Below are positions 17,765 to 27,673 of a stretch of DNA of 64,000 nucleotides, one piece after another. Within the stretch, counting starts at the first letter, position 1. Every line of letters begins with the position of its first letter. The notes below the pieces were generated by a model that was not told where the DNA came from, did not search any database, and was given only the letters and a program-made list of their open reading frames with translations. A program made the translations under genes and the position numbers. The DNA lies in contig JAHHIK010000014.1 of the NCBI GenBank assembly GCA_019358935.1, forward strand, positions 1 to 64,000, given 5' to 3'. This DNA comes from Tolypothrix carrinoi HA7290-LM1 (lineage in GTDB: Bacteria > Cyanobacteriota > Cyanobacteriia > Cyanobacteriales > Nostocaceae).

Positions 17765-20700
17765 CTATTTCTTAAACGCACTCCAATCACCAGAAGGAAC
17801 AAAACTTGCCCAATAATAAGGATGCTCATATCCGGGTGTTTTCAGCAACTGCATCTGCGCTTCTCGTAAAGCTTCATGTCTACCCTTACCCGTTTTCAAA
17901 TGTTGGTAATACTTCACCATCAAATCTTTTGTCCCAGCATCATCTACAATCCACAAACTTAAGACTTGACTTTGAGAACCTGCAATTACCAAAGCACGAC
18001 GCAAACCGTAAAGTCCATCTCCGACTTTGACATCACCCAACCCAGTTTCACAAGCGGAAAGTACTACTAACTGCGTTCCGCGTAAATTTAATCCTGCAAC
18101 TTCCAAAGCTGTGAGAACACCATCGTTGTTATTTGATAAAGCTTTAGTGCGATTGTTGATACCAGCTAAAGCTAAACCGGAACGCAATAAAGGATTTTCC
18201 AGGTTCAACGCTTTTGGTAATTGCTTATTAAAATTATCCGCTATTAGGTCTACTTGTTGGTCGGGAACAAAGAAACCGTGAGTCGCTAAATGCAATATAC
18301 TCGGAGCTTGAAGTTGTTTAATAACAGCTTCCGTCGCTTGCTTACCAGAAATGATTTTTGTATCTGGAAAAATCCCTTTTATTTTATTTGCTTCTTCTAA
18401 AGTGTTACCAAGTGAGCCAAATTGCAAGGAAGCTAAATCAGCGGAACGTCGATTTTCTGAACCACGCATAGCAGATGCTGTGGCTATTTCTTGCTGGTCG
18501 TAATCAATATTTGCAAAAACTACCGGATTATAACGGCTGTTAGCTGGTAATTGAAAGCGTAATAAATCCCGTCCGCTGGTAAGATAAGAAAAAGCGTAAC
18601 GTTGAATTAAATATTTATTTTGCTCGTCTTTGAGCGCTTCAAAGGGAATTAGTGTTAACTGTCCATCTGGTGATAATAGCAAATGACGTGCATCGCCTAA
18701 CAATGGACGAATCGGAGCCATAACTTGCCGATCTAATTTGCGAGCGAGTTGCTCAAGTGATTGGGTAGGTTTGTTTACAATAGTAGGAGCAACATTGAAA
18801 CCTTTTTTCGGACTTGTTGCTAACACTTTTCGCAAACTAGCAATAGAGTTATTAATAGTTGCAGCATCTCCCAAATCAACCCACTTTGGTTCACCTGATG
18901 AACGTAACACCGCAGCAGCATAACGCGGTTTACCCCATGTTTGGGCATCCGATTTAGCCTTGGGATTAAATGGGTAATACAGCACGATTTCTACTAAAGC
19001 CGCATCTTTGGGTATCTGAGTTTGAATAGCTGCTAACTCTACTGGTTGTGTGACAGTGCGGAATTCTGCGCTTTTGGTGCTGATAGCTTCTTCTAAGCGT
19101 TCTTTTTCGGCTTCCAGTTGCTGAAATTGAGTTTGATATTCAGCGGGACTCTGCTTTCCTTGTCCCCTGTATGCTAATGCTGATAGTTGTTGATTGACGT
19201 TCAGCCAATCATCAAATAATTTTTGTGTTTCTGGCTGAGAAGATAGTTGACTGCGAAGTGTTTGTATGTTGTCTGTAACGGCGTCTAGTACAATCCCTTT
19301 GCGACGTAGTACTGTAGTGAGTGCTAACCGTGCGACTGTGGGGTTGTTGGGAGCTTTTTGAAGGGATAGGGAAATGATACGATTGGTTGTCGCTGTAAAA
19401 GTTCTGGCGTAGTCTTGTTTTCTTTGCTCTGATCCTACAGCAAAGATGAGATTTAGGTTATGTTCTCCAATTGCTAGCTCACGACGTAACAAATCAGTGC
19501 TGCGAGTGATATCACCCTGTGCTTCGTATAATACTGATAAATTGTTCAGGCTTCCTGCGACATCCGGATGTTTTTTGCCCAGTACTTTCTCTCTAATTGC
19601 CAGCGATCGCACATACAGAGGTTCAGCTTTTTGATAGTTTTCTTGTACTTTGTACACTAGTGCCAAATTGCTCAGGCTTCCTACGACATCAGGATGTTCT
19701 TTACCCAGTACTTTCTCGTAAATTGCCAGCGATCGCACAAGCAGAGGTTCCGCTTTTTGAAAGCTCCCCTGTACTTCGTACAGTAGTGCCAAATTGTTTA
19801 GGCTTCGTGCTACATCCGGATGTTCTTTGCCCAGTACTTTCTCGTAAATTGCCAGCGATCGCACAAGCAGAGGTTCAGCTTTTTCATAACTCCCCTGTGT
19901 ATAGTAAAGTCTTGCCAAATTACTCAGGCTAGCTGCGACAAGAGGATGTTCTTTGCCGAGTACTTTCTCTATAATTTCCAGCGATCGCACAAACAGAGGT
20001 TCCGCTTTTTCATAGCTTCCCTGTGCTGCGTACAGTTGTGCCAAATTGTTCAGGCTAGTAGCGACATCCGGATGTTCTTTGCCTAGTGCTTTCTCCCAAA
20101 TTGCCAGCGATCGCACATACAGAGGTTCCGCTTTTTGATAGCTTCCTTGTGCATAGTACAATCTTGCCAAGTTGTTCAGGCTAGTAGCGACAAGAGGATG
20201 TTCTTTGCCCAGTGCTTTCTCTCTAATTGCCAGCGATCGCAAATACAGAGGTTCCGCTTTTTCATAGTTTCCTTGTTCCCTGTACAATCCTGCTAAACCG
20301 ATGAGGTCAGTCGCAACTTCCTTATCTTCTCTGCCTAGTGCTTTCTCATGAATTGTTAGTGCTAGTATATACAGATTTTCAGCTTGTTCGTAGCTCCCCC
20401 GTCTTCGGTATAATTGTGCCAAATTACTGAGGGTTTGTGCAACATCAGGATGAACATCCCCTAATGCTTTCTTTCTAATTGCTAGTGAGCGAAGATACAG
20501 AGATTCAGCTTTTTCATAATTTCCCTGTAATTGATGCAGGTTTGCCAGCGTATTGAGGGGAGTAGCGACATAGAGATCGTCTTTGCCCCATACTTTCTCA
20601 AAAAGTGCTAGTAAACGTTCGGCTAGGGGGATGGCTTGACTGTATTTGCCTTCGTTCTGCAACTGAACGACTTGTTGAGACAGTCGCTTGGCTTCTTCCA

Positions 20701-20896
20701 ACTCTACTGACTGTTGCGCTGATGGCGGTTGAGATTGTCCTGTCACCTCTTTTGGTATACTTACTAGCAGCCCTAATGCCAGTGCTGCTGTAATTGAGCA
20801 GGATACCAATTTGATGCAACCTTGGGTTTTGGCTTTTTGCCGGGAGAATCTAGACACGTATTTGTGCTTGCTGGCTGGGTTGGGGGTGTGACACAA
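17765..20896 (-). CDS. TPR-repeat CHAT-domain (caspase-like) protein with a predicted signal/TM segment
   Basis: About 9 42-aa TPRs (HPDVAxSLNNLA); catalytic-type motifs LHLATHG and VVLSACETG; HPYYWASF. Confidence 0.92.
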   Translation of the reverse strand: MCHTPNPASKHKYVSRFSRQKAKTQGCIKLVSCSITAALALGLLVSIPKEVTGQSQPPSAQQSVELEEAKRLSQQVVQLQNEGKYSQAIPLAERLLALFEKVWGKDDLYVATPLNTLANLHQLQGNYEKAESLYLRSLAIRKKALGDVHPDVAQTLSNLAQLYRRRGSYEQAENLYILALTIHEKALGREDKEVATDLIGLAGLYREQGNYEKAEPLYLRSLAIREKALGKEHPLVATSLNNLARLYYAQGSYQKAEPLYVRSLAIWEKALGKEHPDVATSLNNLAQLYAAQGSYEKAEPLFVRSLEIIEKVLGKEHPLVAASLSNLARLYYTQGSYEKAEPLLVRSLAIYEKVLGKEHPDVARSLNNLALLYEVQGSFQKAEPLLVRSLAIYEKVLGKEHPDVVGSLSNLALVYKVQENYQKAEPLYVRSLAIREKVLGKKHPDVAGSLNNLSVLYEAQGDITRSTDLLRRELAIGEHNLNLIFAVGSEQRKQDYARTFTATTNRIISLSLQKAPNNPTVARLALTTVLRRKGIVLDAVTDNIQTLRSQLSSQPETQKLFDDWLNVNQQLSALAYRGQGKQSPAEYQTQFQQLEAEKERLEEAISTKSAEFRTVTQPVELAAIQTQIPKDAALVEIVLYYPFNPKAKSDAQTWGKPRYAAAVLRSSGEPKWVDLGDAATINNSIASLRKVLATSPKKGFNVAPTIVNKPTQSLEQLARKLDRQVMAPIRPLLGDARHLLLSPDGQLTLIPFEALKDEQNKYLIQRYAFSYLTSGRDLLRFQLPANSRYNPVVFANIDYDQQEIATASAMRGSENRRSADLASLQFGSLGNTLEEANKIKGIFPDTKIISGKQATEAVIKQLQAPSILHLATHGFFVPDQQVDLIADNFNKQLPKALNLENPLLRSGLALAGINNRTKALSNNNDGVLTALEVAGLNLRGTQLVVLSACETGLGDVKVGDGLYGLRRALVIAGSQSQVLSLWIVDDAGTKDLMVKYYQHLKTGKGRHEALREAQMQLLKTPGYEHPYYWASFVPSGDWSAFKK

Positions 20897-20975
20897 ATAA
20901 TACCGAATTTCTCAAAGATCTCGGTAAATAATTTAAAAATATTTAGATTTACCAGTTCTCTCCTTTGAAAAGACC

Positions 20976-21071
20976 CTAACTTACAGCGTATTCTGTAAAC
21001 TGCCTCATAAATGGTGACTGAAATCCCAGCACAATATCTTCCTTTGGGACTCCCGCAGCAACCAAATCAGC
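20976..21071 (-). pseudogene. XisI-family 3' fragment
   Basis: The minus strand reads ADLVAAGVPKEDIVLGFQSPFMRQFTEYAVS*, resembling the XisI C-terminus; there is no 5' part. Confidence 0.75.
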
Positions 21072-21081
21072 GCCTGATTTA

Positions 21082-21104
21082 AGTGTATGATTTAATCATA
21101 CACT
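21082..21104. promoter_or_regulatory. Perfect palindrome, candidate toxin-antitoxin operator
   Basis: AGTGTATGATT-T-AATCATACACT, about 35 bp upstream of the antitoxin ATG; AGGAG RBS follows. Confidence 0.55.
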
Positions 21105-21137
21105 GTGATAAGTTGGCTTTAAGTAGGAGAACCCCTT

Positions 21138-21422
21138 ATGAGAACGACACAGGCACTCACGATCACCTTGCCTCTTGACATGCTGGAGATGGTCAAGGCT
21201 AAAGTCATCTCTGGCGAGTATGCTACGGAAAGTGAAGTTATCCGGGACGGTCTGCGTACCCTCCAGGCGCGTGATGCTGCTGTTGAAAAGTGGCTGCGCG
21301 AAGAAGTTGTCAAAAGCTATGACGAATGTGAAGCTGATGCAACGCTGGGTGTCCCCGCAGAGCAGATCATGGCGCGTATCCGCTCTGGATACCACAAGCG
21401 GACTACCGCAGAGCAGAGCTAG
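21138..21422 (+). CDS. ParD-like ribbon-helix-helix antitoxin
   Basis: ITLP...VISGEYATESEVIRDGLR; abuts the toxin gene. Confidence 0.85.
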   Translation: MRTTQALTITLPLDMLEMVKAKVISGEYATESEVIRDGLRTLQARDAAVEKWLREEVVKSYDECEADATLGVPAEQIMARIRSGYHKRTTAEQS

Positions 21423-21737
21423 ATGAAACAATATAGCGTCATCTTCTCGCCACGGGCAGAGCAACAACTCGGCAGTCTCTACGTTTATATCGCCGACCGT
21501 GGGGGAGAGGAGCGGGCAGAGCGTTACATCAGCGGCATCATTGCCTTTTGCCAAGGTCTTTCCACCTTCCCAGAACGCGGAACCAAACGTGATGACCTGC
21601 GACCGGATTTGCGGGTTATTGGGTATGCCAAACGTGTCACCATCGCCTTTTCCGTGAAAGATGACCAGGTGATTATCCACGGTGTTTTTCACGGAGGGCA
21701 GGATTACGATTCTATCATGCAAGAGGAGGAGTTATAA
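21423..21737 (+). CDS. RelE/ParE family toxin
   Basis: YSVIFSPRAEQQL...YIA...FPERG..RDDLRPDLR...VFHGGQD. Confidence 0.85.
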   Translation: MKQYSVIFSPRAEQQLGSLYVYIADRGGEERAERYISGIIAFCQGLSTFPERGTKRDDLRPDLRVIGYAKRVTIAFSVKDDQVIIHGVFHGGQDYDSIMQEEEL

Positions 21738-21768
21738 CTCCTGTAGGGGCGGGATTACCCCGCCCTTA

Positions 21769-22293
21769 CTAACTCCTAACTCTCACCTTCGCTGCTAAAT
21801 CTGCCGGCTTCATGTGTTCGTAATGCTCAAAGGGTTGGTGAATCCAAGGGTTATCCGGTAAATAATCGACGTAGTAATCGGGAACCATCACCGAACACGC
21901 TTTATACCAAAGTACAGCGGTGCGGATTTCCTCAATGGGAAACTCATTATTTTCCTTTAACCAAGGAATAGTTTCTTGCAGCGTCACACCTGAATCTACC
22001 AAATCATCTACTAAGAGAATCCGCGAACCTAACTTTTCGCTAGTCATCGTGATGTGGTGCGAGAAAATTAAATTACCTCTTTCTTGCTTGCCAGAACCAC
22101 TGTAAGATGATGTGGCTAATATTGCTAATGGCTGCTCGTATATACGGGAAATTATATCTCCTACCCGCAGTCCGCCTCTAGCAAGGCAGACAATTTGGTT
22201 AAATTCCCAACCAGATTGATAAATCTCAGCAGCCAGTTGTTCAATTTTCTGGTGATAATCTGACCAAGAAACGTAAAGGTCTGGCATAAACAA
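21769..22293 (-). CDS. Purine-type phosphoribosyltransferase
   Basis: ARGG and the PRPP loop LLVDDLVDSGVT. Confidence 0.85.
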   Translation of the reverse strand: MFMPDLYVSWSDYHQKIEQLAAEIYQSGWEFNQIVCLARGGLRVGDIISRIYEQPLAILATSSYSGSGKQERGNLIFSHHITMTSEKLGSRILLVDDLVDSGVTLQETIPWLKENNEFPIEEIRTAVLWYKACSVMVPDYYVDYLPDNPWIHQPFEHYEHMKPADLAAKVRVRS

Positions 22294-22354
22294 TATAATT
22301 TATAGCTAAAACACGGATAGCAAACTTTTTATTTTAATATAAGCGCAACATATT

Positions 22355-23809
22355 ATGAACGATTCTGACGATAATGCCTATTCTCAACCTGCGGAAACTG
22401 AAAAGCTAAACGTAAGTACCAAACTCGCTTTTGGTGCGGGGGATTTAGGGACAGCGATCGCTGCAATGATTGGCATTTCTTATTTATCGCCTTTTTTAAC
22501 AGATGTAGCTGGCTTAAGTCCCAATTTAGCCGGACAAACTCAACTAGTCGGCAAAGTGTGGGATGCGGTCAACGATCCGATGGTGGGAGTGTTGAGCGAT
22601 CGCACTCAAAGCAAGCAAGGAAGACGTTATCCTTGGATGATTTGGGGAGCAATTCCCTTTGGGATTTTCTTCTTTTTGCAGTGGATTGTACCACACTTTA
22701 GTAATAACGAAAATGTCAATCAGTGGGGTTTATTTTGGTATTACACTGCGATTTCGATTTTATTTAATGCCTTTTATACAGTTGTTAATTTACCATATAC
22801 CGCCCTTACAGCAGAACTAACTCAAGACTACGACGAACGCACCAGTTTGAACAGTTATCGCTTTTCCTTTTCGATTGGCGGTAGTATTCTTGCCTTAATT
22901 ATCAGTTTAGTTATTTCTTTACTAGTTCCAAGCGATCGCCGCCAACAGTATCTTTTATTAGGAGCAATCTGTGCAATTATCTCAGTTTTGCCCGTATACT
23001 GGTGTGTTTGGGGAACCAAAAAACGCGCTCAAGCTGTCGCCAAATTACATCCAGAAACTGAGCAAACTGTTTCTATCCCCATATTGCAGCAACTGAAAAT
23101 TGCTTTTACCAATCGCCCTTTCTTATTTGTAGTCGGTATTTATTTATGTTCTTGGTTAGCTGTACAACTAACTGCCGGCATTATACCCTATTATGTCACC
23201 AGTTGGATGCGTCTTCCCCAATGGCACATTAGCTTAGTACTTTTGGCAGTGCAAGGAACTGCTATGGCTATGCTATTTGTTTGGAATGCTGTCAGTCGGC
23301 GCTACGGCAAACAAGCTGTATACTTTATGGGAATGAGTTTGTGGCTTATCGCCCAAGGTGGACTCTTTTTCGTACAACCGAGTCAAATTGTGTTGATGTA
23401 CGTTTTAGCAGTTTTAGCAGGTTTTGGAGTATCTACAGCTTATCTTGTTCCTTGGTCAATGTTACCTGATGTAATTGAACTCGATGAATTAAACACAGGA
23501 CAGCGACGCGAAGGCATTTTTTATAGTTTCATCGTCTTTGTCCAAAAAATCTGTTTAGGAATTGCCGTCAACATCGTTTTACAACAACTAGGAACAGCAG
23601 GATACATTAAACCCACAACTCAAATTGCCATACCAATCCAACCAAACTCAGTATTAGACGTTATTCGCTTTTCCATTGGTCCCATACCAGCGATCGCTTT
23701 AATTTGTGGCTTGGTTTTAGCTTACTTTTACCCACTTACCCGCGAAGTACACGCAGAAATTTTGCTCAAACTCAAACAACGTAAAGAGGGGGTGGGGAGT
23801 GAGGAATAG
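22355..23809 (+). CDS. MFS GPH (MelB-like) transporter
   Basis: WDAVNDPMVG, PYTALTAELT and RREGIFYS motifs. Confidence 0.88.
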   Translation: MNDSDDNAYSQPAETEKLNVSTKLAFGAGDLGTAIAAMIGISYLSPFLTDVAGLSPNLAGQTQLVGKVWDAVNDPMVGVLSDRTQSKQGRRYPWMIWGAIPFGIFFFLQWIVPHFSNNENVNQWGLFWYYTAISILFNAFYTVVNLPYTALTAELTQDYDERTSLNSYRFSFSIGGSILALIISLVISLLVPSDRRQQYLLLGAICAIISVLPVYWCVWGTKKRAQAVAKLHPETEQTVSIPILQQLKIAFTNRPFLFVVGIYLCSWLAVQLTAGIIPYYVTSWMRLPQWHISLVLLAVQGTAMAMLFVWNAVSRRYGKQAVYFMGMSLWLIAQGGLFFVQPSQIVLMYVLAVLAGFGVSTAYLVPWSMLPDVIELDELNTGQRREGIFYSFIVFVQKICLGIAVNIVLQQLGTAGYIKPTTQIAIPIQPNSVLDVIRFSIGPIPAIALICGLVLAYFYPLTREVHAEILLKLKQRKEGVGSEE

Positions 23810-23897
23810 GGAGTGGGGAGTAGGGAAATAAAACTACAGCAGTCCTAAATAAGAGCGTAAAACTCTCTCCTTCTCCTGACTCTGTGTTCTCTCTCTT

Positions 23898-24029
23898 GAA
23901 AAGGTCTGATCGGAGGTTTCCTCCGCTCAACGCCAGTTCGCCCAAGTCAAGCCAGTGCGTTGCGGGGGTTCCCCCCGTTGTAGCACCTGGCGCGGGAAAC
24001 CCGCCCAAGCGACTGGCTCGACTTTTCGC
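23898..24029. repeat. Three-level nest of small hairpin elements
   Basis: A 45-nt unit (23949-23993) lies inside a 45-nt unit (23930-23948 + 23994-24019), which lies inside a CGGAGGTTTCCTCCG hairpin element. Confidence 0.7.
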
Positions 24030-24103
24030 TGCTTCCTCTGCGGTTCGTTTTTAAATTTTTCCTCACATATCCCACATCTCCCTCTTTACAAAAACGTAAC
24101 TTT

Positions 24104-24709
24104 ATGCATTCAATAGCTAATCCAGAATATTGGGAACAGCGCTATCAAGAGAAAAGCGATCGCTGGGATATAAAACAAGCTGCACCACCCTTTTTGACTC
24201 TATTACAATCGACAACAGCACCCTCACCCGGTCGAATTGCAGTGTTAGGCTGCGGTCGAGGTTATGATGCATTGCTATTTGCCGCACATCAATTTGAAGT
24301 TATCGGATTTGACTTTGCACAATCAGCAATTACCGAAGCGATCGCCTTAGCTGAAACTAGCCAAAGTTCCGCTAAATTCCTACAGCGAAACATCTTTGAT
24401 TTACCAGCCGAGTATGAAAATTATTTCGATTACGTACTAGAACACACTTGCTTTTGTGCCATCGAACCAGCACAGCGTCCAGCTTACGTGCAACTGACCA
24501 AATCAATTCTAAAGCCGCAAGGACAACTAATTGGGTTATTTTTCACACATAATCGCCCCGGTGGTCCTCCCTTTGGAATGACTCCAGAGGAAATTCGCCA
24601 CTACTTTCAGGCAGATTTTCAAATTCATTCTTTGATACCAGTAACGAATTCGATACCCGAACGTCAGGGAGAAGAACATTTAGGACGATTTACCGTTGTC
24701 AAAAATTAA
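24104..24709 (+). CDS. Thiopurine S-methyltransferase-family SAM methyltransferase
   Basis: WEQRY, VLGCGRGYD, EHTCFCAI and GGPPF motifs. Confidence 0.85.
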   Translation: MHSIANPEYWEQRYQEKSDRWDIKQAAPPFLTLLQSTTAPSPGRIAVLGCGRGYDALLFAAHQFEVIGFDFAQSAITEAIALAETSQSSAKFLQRNIFDLPAEYENYFDYVLEHTCFCAIEPAQRPAYVQLTKSILKPQGQLIGLFFTHNRPGGPPFGMTPEEIRHYFQADFQIHSLIPVTNSIPERQGEEHLGRFTVVKN

Positions 24710-24827
24710 ACATATCTCTAATATATATTTCCCAACAGGTACGGAAAAACCTACCATCTGACTTATGCATTGATAGAGCCGTAATGTTACTTATAAAGTA
24801 AAGATAAGTAAAAAAAGCTTAAACTAA

Positions 24828-25499
24828 ATGGCAAATCTAAGCGTACAAGAAATTTCCAGTCGGTTAGAAAGTGAGAATTTAGGCGATCGCATGGTAGCGC
24901 TTGCCAATTTGCGCCATGTATCCAATGAGGAAGCAGTACCTTTAATTAAAAAGGTGTTAGATGACGAATCTCTGCAACTGCGCTCAATGGCAGTATTTGC
25001 CTTGGGAGTTAAAGCGACAGAAGAATGTTACCCCATTTTAGTAAAAATTTTAGAATCTGACCCAGATTATGGTATACGCGCTGATGCCGCCGGCGCGTTA
25101 GGATACTTAGGTGATGTTAGAGCTTTTGAGCCGTTGTCACGAGCATTTTACGAAGATACCGATTGGCTAGTACGGTTTAGTGCAGCGGTTTCCTTAGGTA
25201 ATATTAAAGACCCCCGCGCCCATGATGTACTAATTCAAGCTTTGAAAAGTGAAGAAGTAGTAATACAACAAGCAGCGATCGCCGCACTGGGAGAAATCAA
25301 AGACATTGAATCTGTAGATCATATCCTGCGCTTTGCCCAATCAGAAGATTGGTTAGTGCGTCAACGTCTCGCAGAAGCGTTAGGTAATCTTCCCAGTGCC
25401 AAGACAGTTTCTGCTTTGAAATACTTAGAAAAAGACAACCATTCTCATGTTTCCGAAGCCGCGAGAATTTCCCTCAAACGACTTGAACAAGCAAGTTGA
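24828..25499 (+). CDS. nblB: HEAT-repeat phycobilisome-related protein, NblB-like
   Basis: Serial E-Z HEAT repeats; adjacent to cpcS. Confidence 0.6.
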   Translation: MANLSVQEISSRLESENLGDRMVALANLRHVSNEEAVPLIKKVLDDESLQLRSMAVFALGVKATEECYPILVKILESDPDYGIRADAAGALGYLGDVRAFEPLSRAFYEDTDWLVRFSAAVSLGNIKDPRAHDVLIQALKSEEVVIQQAAIAALGEIKDIESVDHILRFAQSEDWLVRQRLAEALGNLPSAKTVSALKYLEKDNHSHVSEAARISLKRLEQAS

Positions 25500-25528
25500 T
25501 ATAATCAGCATTCAACACATCAAGACTA

Positions 25529-25718
25529 GGGTAATGGGCATTGGGCATTGGGAATTGGGGAGGCAGTGCGGTCTTGGGGTCTCCCCAAGTGGAGCATCTG
25601 CCGTCATTGGGCATTGGTAATTGGTAATTGGGAAAAAAGAATAATTTGCCTTGTCCCCTTGTCCCCCTTGTCCCCCTTGTCCCCTTGTCTCCTTGTCTCC
25701 TTGTCTCCCCACTCCCCT
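25529..25718. repeat. STRR arrays with a 45-nt unit at 25560-25604
   Basis: Removing the unit restores ATTGGG-CATTGGG heptamers. Confidence 0.8.
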
Positions 25719-25789
25719 CTTAATCAACGCCTCCTGCTATTTTTTAATAAGTGGGATTTTTCGCATCTCGATCGAAGGTAATTTCATTT

Positions 25790-26356
25790 ATGAATATTCA
25801 AGAATTTTTTGAATTGAGTGCTGGTAAATGGTTTTCTCATCGTACCAGTCACCACTTAGCTTTCAAGCAATCTGAAGACGGCAAGTCAGATATTGTGATT
25901 GAGATGCTAGCAGCAGATCATCCAGAAGTAGCGAAATTGTGTCAACAGTACGAAATTGACCCAAAACTTGCTTCCTGTGGCGCTAGAGTTACCTGGAATG
26001 GGACAATGGAATGGGATGAAGAAAAACACACTGGTTCTACAGTGTTGGTTACTGTCCCCAATGAAGATAATCCCAATGAAGGTAAGTTGCTGCGAGAAAT
26101 GGGTTATGCGGAGAAAGCTCCAGTCGCCGGCAGCTATAAAATGGGCAGTGATGACGCATTGACACTAATTACAGAATATGAAACCATGTGGTCTGAAGAG
26201 CGTCTGTGGTTTGCTAGTCCCAACTTACGGATGCGGGTAAGTGTCCTGAAGCGTTTTGGCGGTTTCAGCATGGCTTCGTTCACTTCTGAAATTCGCATGG
26301 GTGGTACTCCAGCAGCAGCGAAAGTATCTGAAGCAGCTAATTCAGCGTCAAGTTAG
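25790..26356 (+). CDS. cpcS: Phycobiliprotein lyase CpcS/CpeS
   Basis: [18 protein letters not shown] and [12 protein letters not shown] motifs. Confidence 0.9.
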   Translation: MNIQEFFELSAGKWFSHRTSHHLAFKQSEDGKSDIVIEMLAADHPEVAKLCQQYEIDPKLASCGARVTWNGTMEWDEEKHTGSTVLVTVPNEDNPNEGKLLREMGYAEKAPVAGSYKMGSDDALTLITEYETMWSEERLWFASPNLRMRVSVLKRFGGFSMASFTSEIRMGGTPAAAKVSEAANSASS

Positions 26357-26366
26357 TTTTGTTACC

Positions 26367-26394
26367 TAAACCCCCCCGTTTTCGGGGGGTTAGG
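26367..26394. terminator. Hairpin between convergent genes
   Basis: CCCCCCG-TTTT-CGGGGGG. Confidence 0.45.
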
Positions 26395-26424
26395 GAAAAG
26401 TAGCGCTCACTACGAATTACATTA

Positions 26425-27420
26425 TTAATCAATTCCTTGCGTACTCTTTTTAAATCCTTTGCTCTTTGGTTTGTTAGCTTCCTGCGAATGTGTGAAGCGA
26501 TTTTCCAGATTTGAGGTTACTTGAACTAAATTTTCAAGCTGAGTTTTTACACTTTCAAATCCCTGTAATTTCTTCTCTAGCGTTTGTAACTTCTCTAGTT
26601 GTATATCTGTGTTACTCTGCACTATCTCAGCGATGCTTGCTTTCAGGTGATTTTCTAAATTTGAAGTTGATTGAATCAGACTTTCAACTTGATTGTGCAT
26701 CGTTGCAAATGTATCAAGTTTCTTCTCTAGCGTTTGTAACTTCTCTAGTTGTATATCTTTACTTTGCAGCAAATGAGCAAGATTTTCACTCTTATTCTTG
26801 TCGGCTTCTAGTAACTTACTCAGGCGATTTTCTAGATTTGAGTTGGTTGCAATCAAAGTTTCAACTTGGGTTTGTACAGATGCAAATGTTTCGAGTTTAT
26901 CTCCTAGTGCTTGCAACTTTTGTTGTTGCATCTCTAGATTGCTTTGTAGTAAATTGCCGATAATTTCTTTGAGGCGATTTTCTAAACTGAAATTTCCTTG
27001 AATTAAATTTTCAACCTGCGATGACACAGGTGTAATTATCTCTAATTGATTAGCTAGCGCTTGCAACTTTGCTAGCTGCACTTCTGCGTTATTCTGCACC
27101 AAATGACTGAGACTTTCTCTAGAATTATTGTTAACTTCTAGTACCTCAACCAGACGATTTTCCAGATCCGAACTTCCTTCAATTATACTTGCAAACTGAT
27201 TTTTGACATTTTCAAAAGATTCAATCTGCTTTTTTCGAGCTTCAGCAGTTATCTGATATTGCTCTTTATTTAACTCATTAGCCGCTTCTACAAATTTTAA
27301 TAGTTTTTCTTGCTCTGTTATGCTTTGATTTAAGCTTGTTTTAAGTTGCAGAACCAACACCGCAATTACTGCTATTGATATTGTTGATATTGCCGAAACA
27401 ATTAGTGGCACAATTTCCAT
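26425..27420 (-). CDS. Hypothetical membrane-anchored coiled-coil protein with internal repeats
   Basis: N-terminal hydrophobic helix; repeated QLEKLQTLEKKL...SNLEN. Confidence 0.7.
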   Translation of the reverse strand: MEIVPLIVSAISTISIAVIAVLVLQLKTSLNQSITEQEKLLKFVEAANELNKEQYQITAEARKKQIESFENVKNQFASIIEGSSDLENRLVEVLEVNNNSRESLSHLVQNNAEVQLAKLQALANQLEIITPVSSQVENLIQGNFSLENRLKEIIGNLLQSNLEMQQQKLQALGDKLETFASVQTQVETLIATNSNLENRLSKLLEADKNKSENLAHLLQSKDIQLEKLQTLEKKLDTFATMHNQVESLIQSTSNLENHLKASIAEIVQSNTDIQLEKLQTLEKKLQGFESVKTQLENLVQVTSNLENRFTHSQEANKPKSKGFKKSTQGID

Positions 27421-27673
27421 AGTTCATCGCTCAGTAAGTATACTCAATCTTCATAGTCTTTTAAGCATTTTTTGAAATCCTAAAAAGACTTATGAATCAT
27501 CATATTTTATCTAATATAAGCAATCAAATAATTGAATTATAGCCAGAAAATTATTAAATAAAACTGGGTAAAATATTGATAATCTGAGGAAAAACTTTAT
27601 ATTTTCGTATAATTTACGGCTGGGAGAAAAAAGAAAGAATCTTTTAAGCTTTTATTTTTTCTCCCTGTGCTGT

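Noticed and set aside
19500..20300. 126-bp periodic repeats as a CRISPR array
   Set aside because: They are coding TPR units with no unique spacers and no cas genes.
21096..21722. 208-aa minus-strand ORF
   Set aside because: It is antisense to a well-formed toxin-antitoxin pair and has no recognisable motifs.
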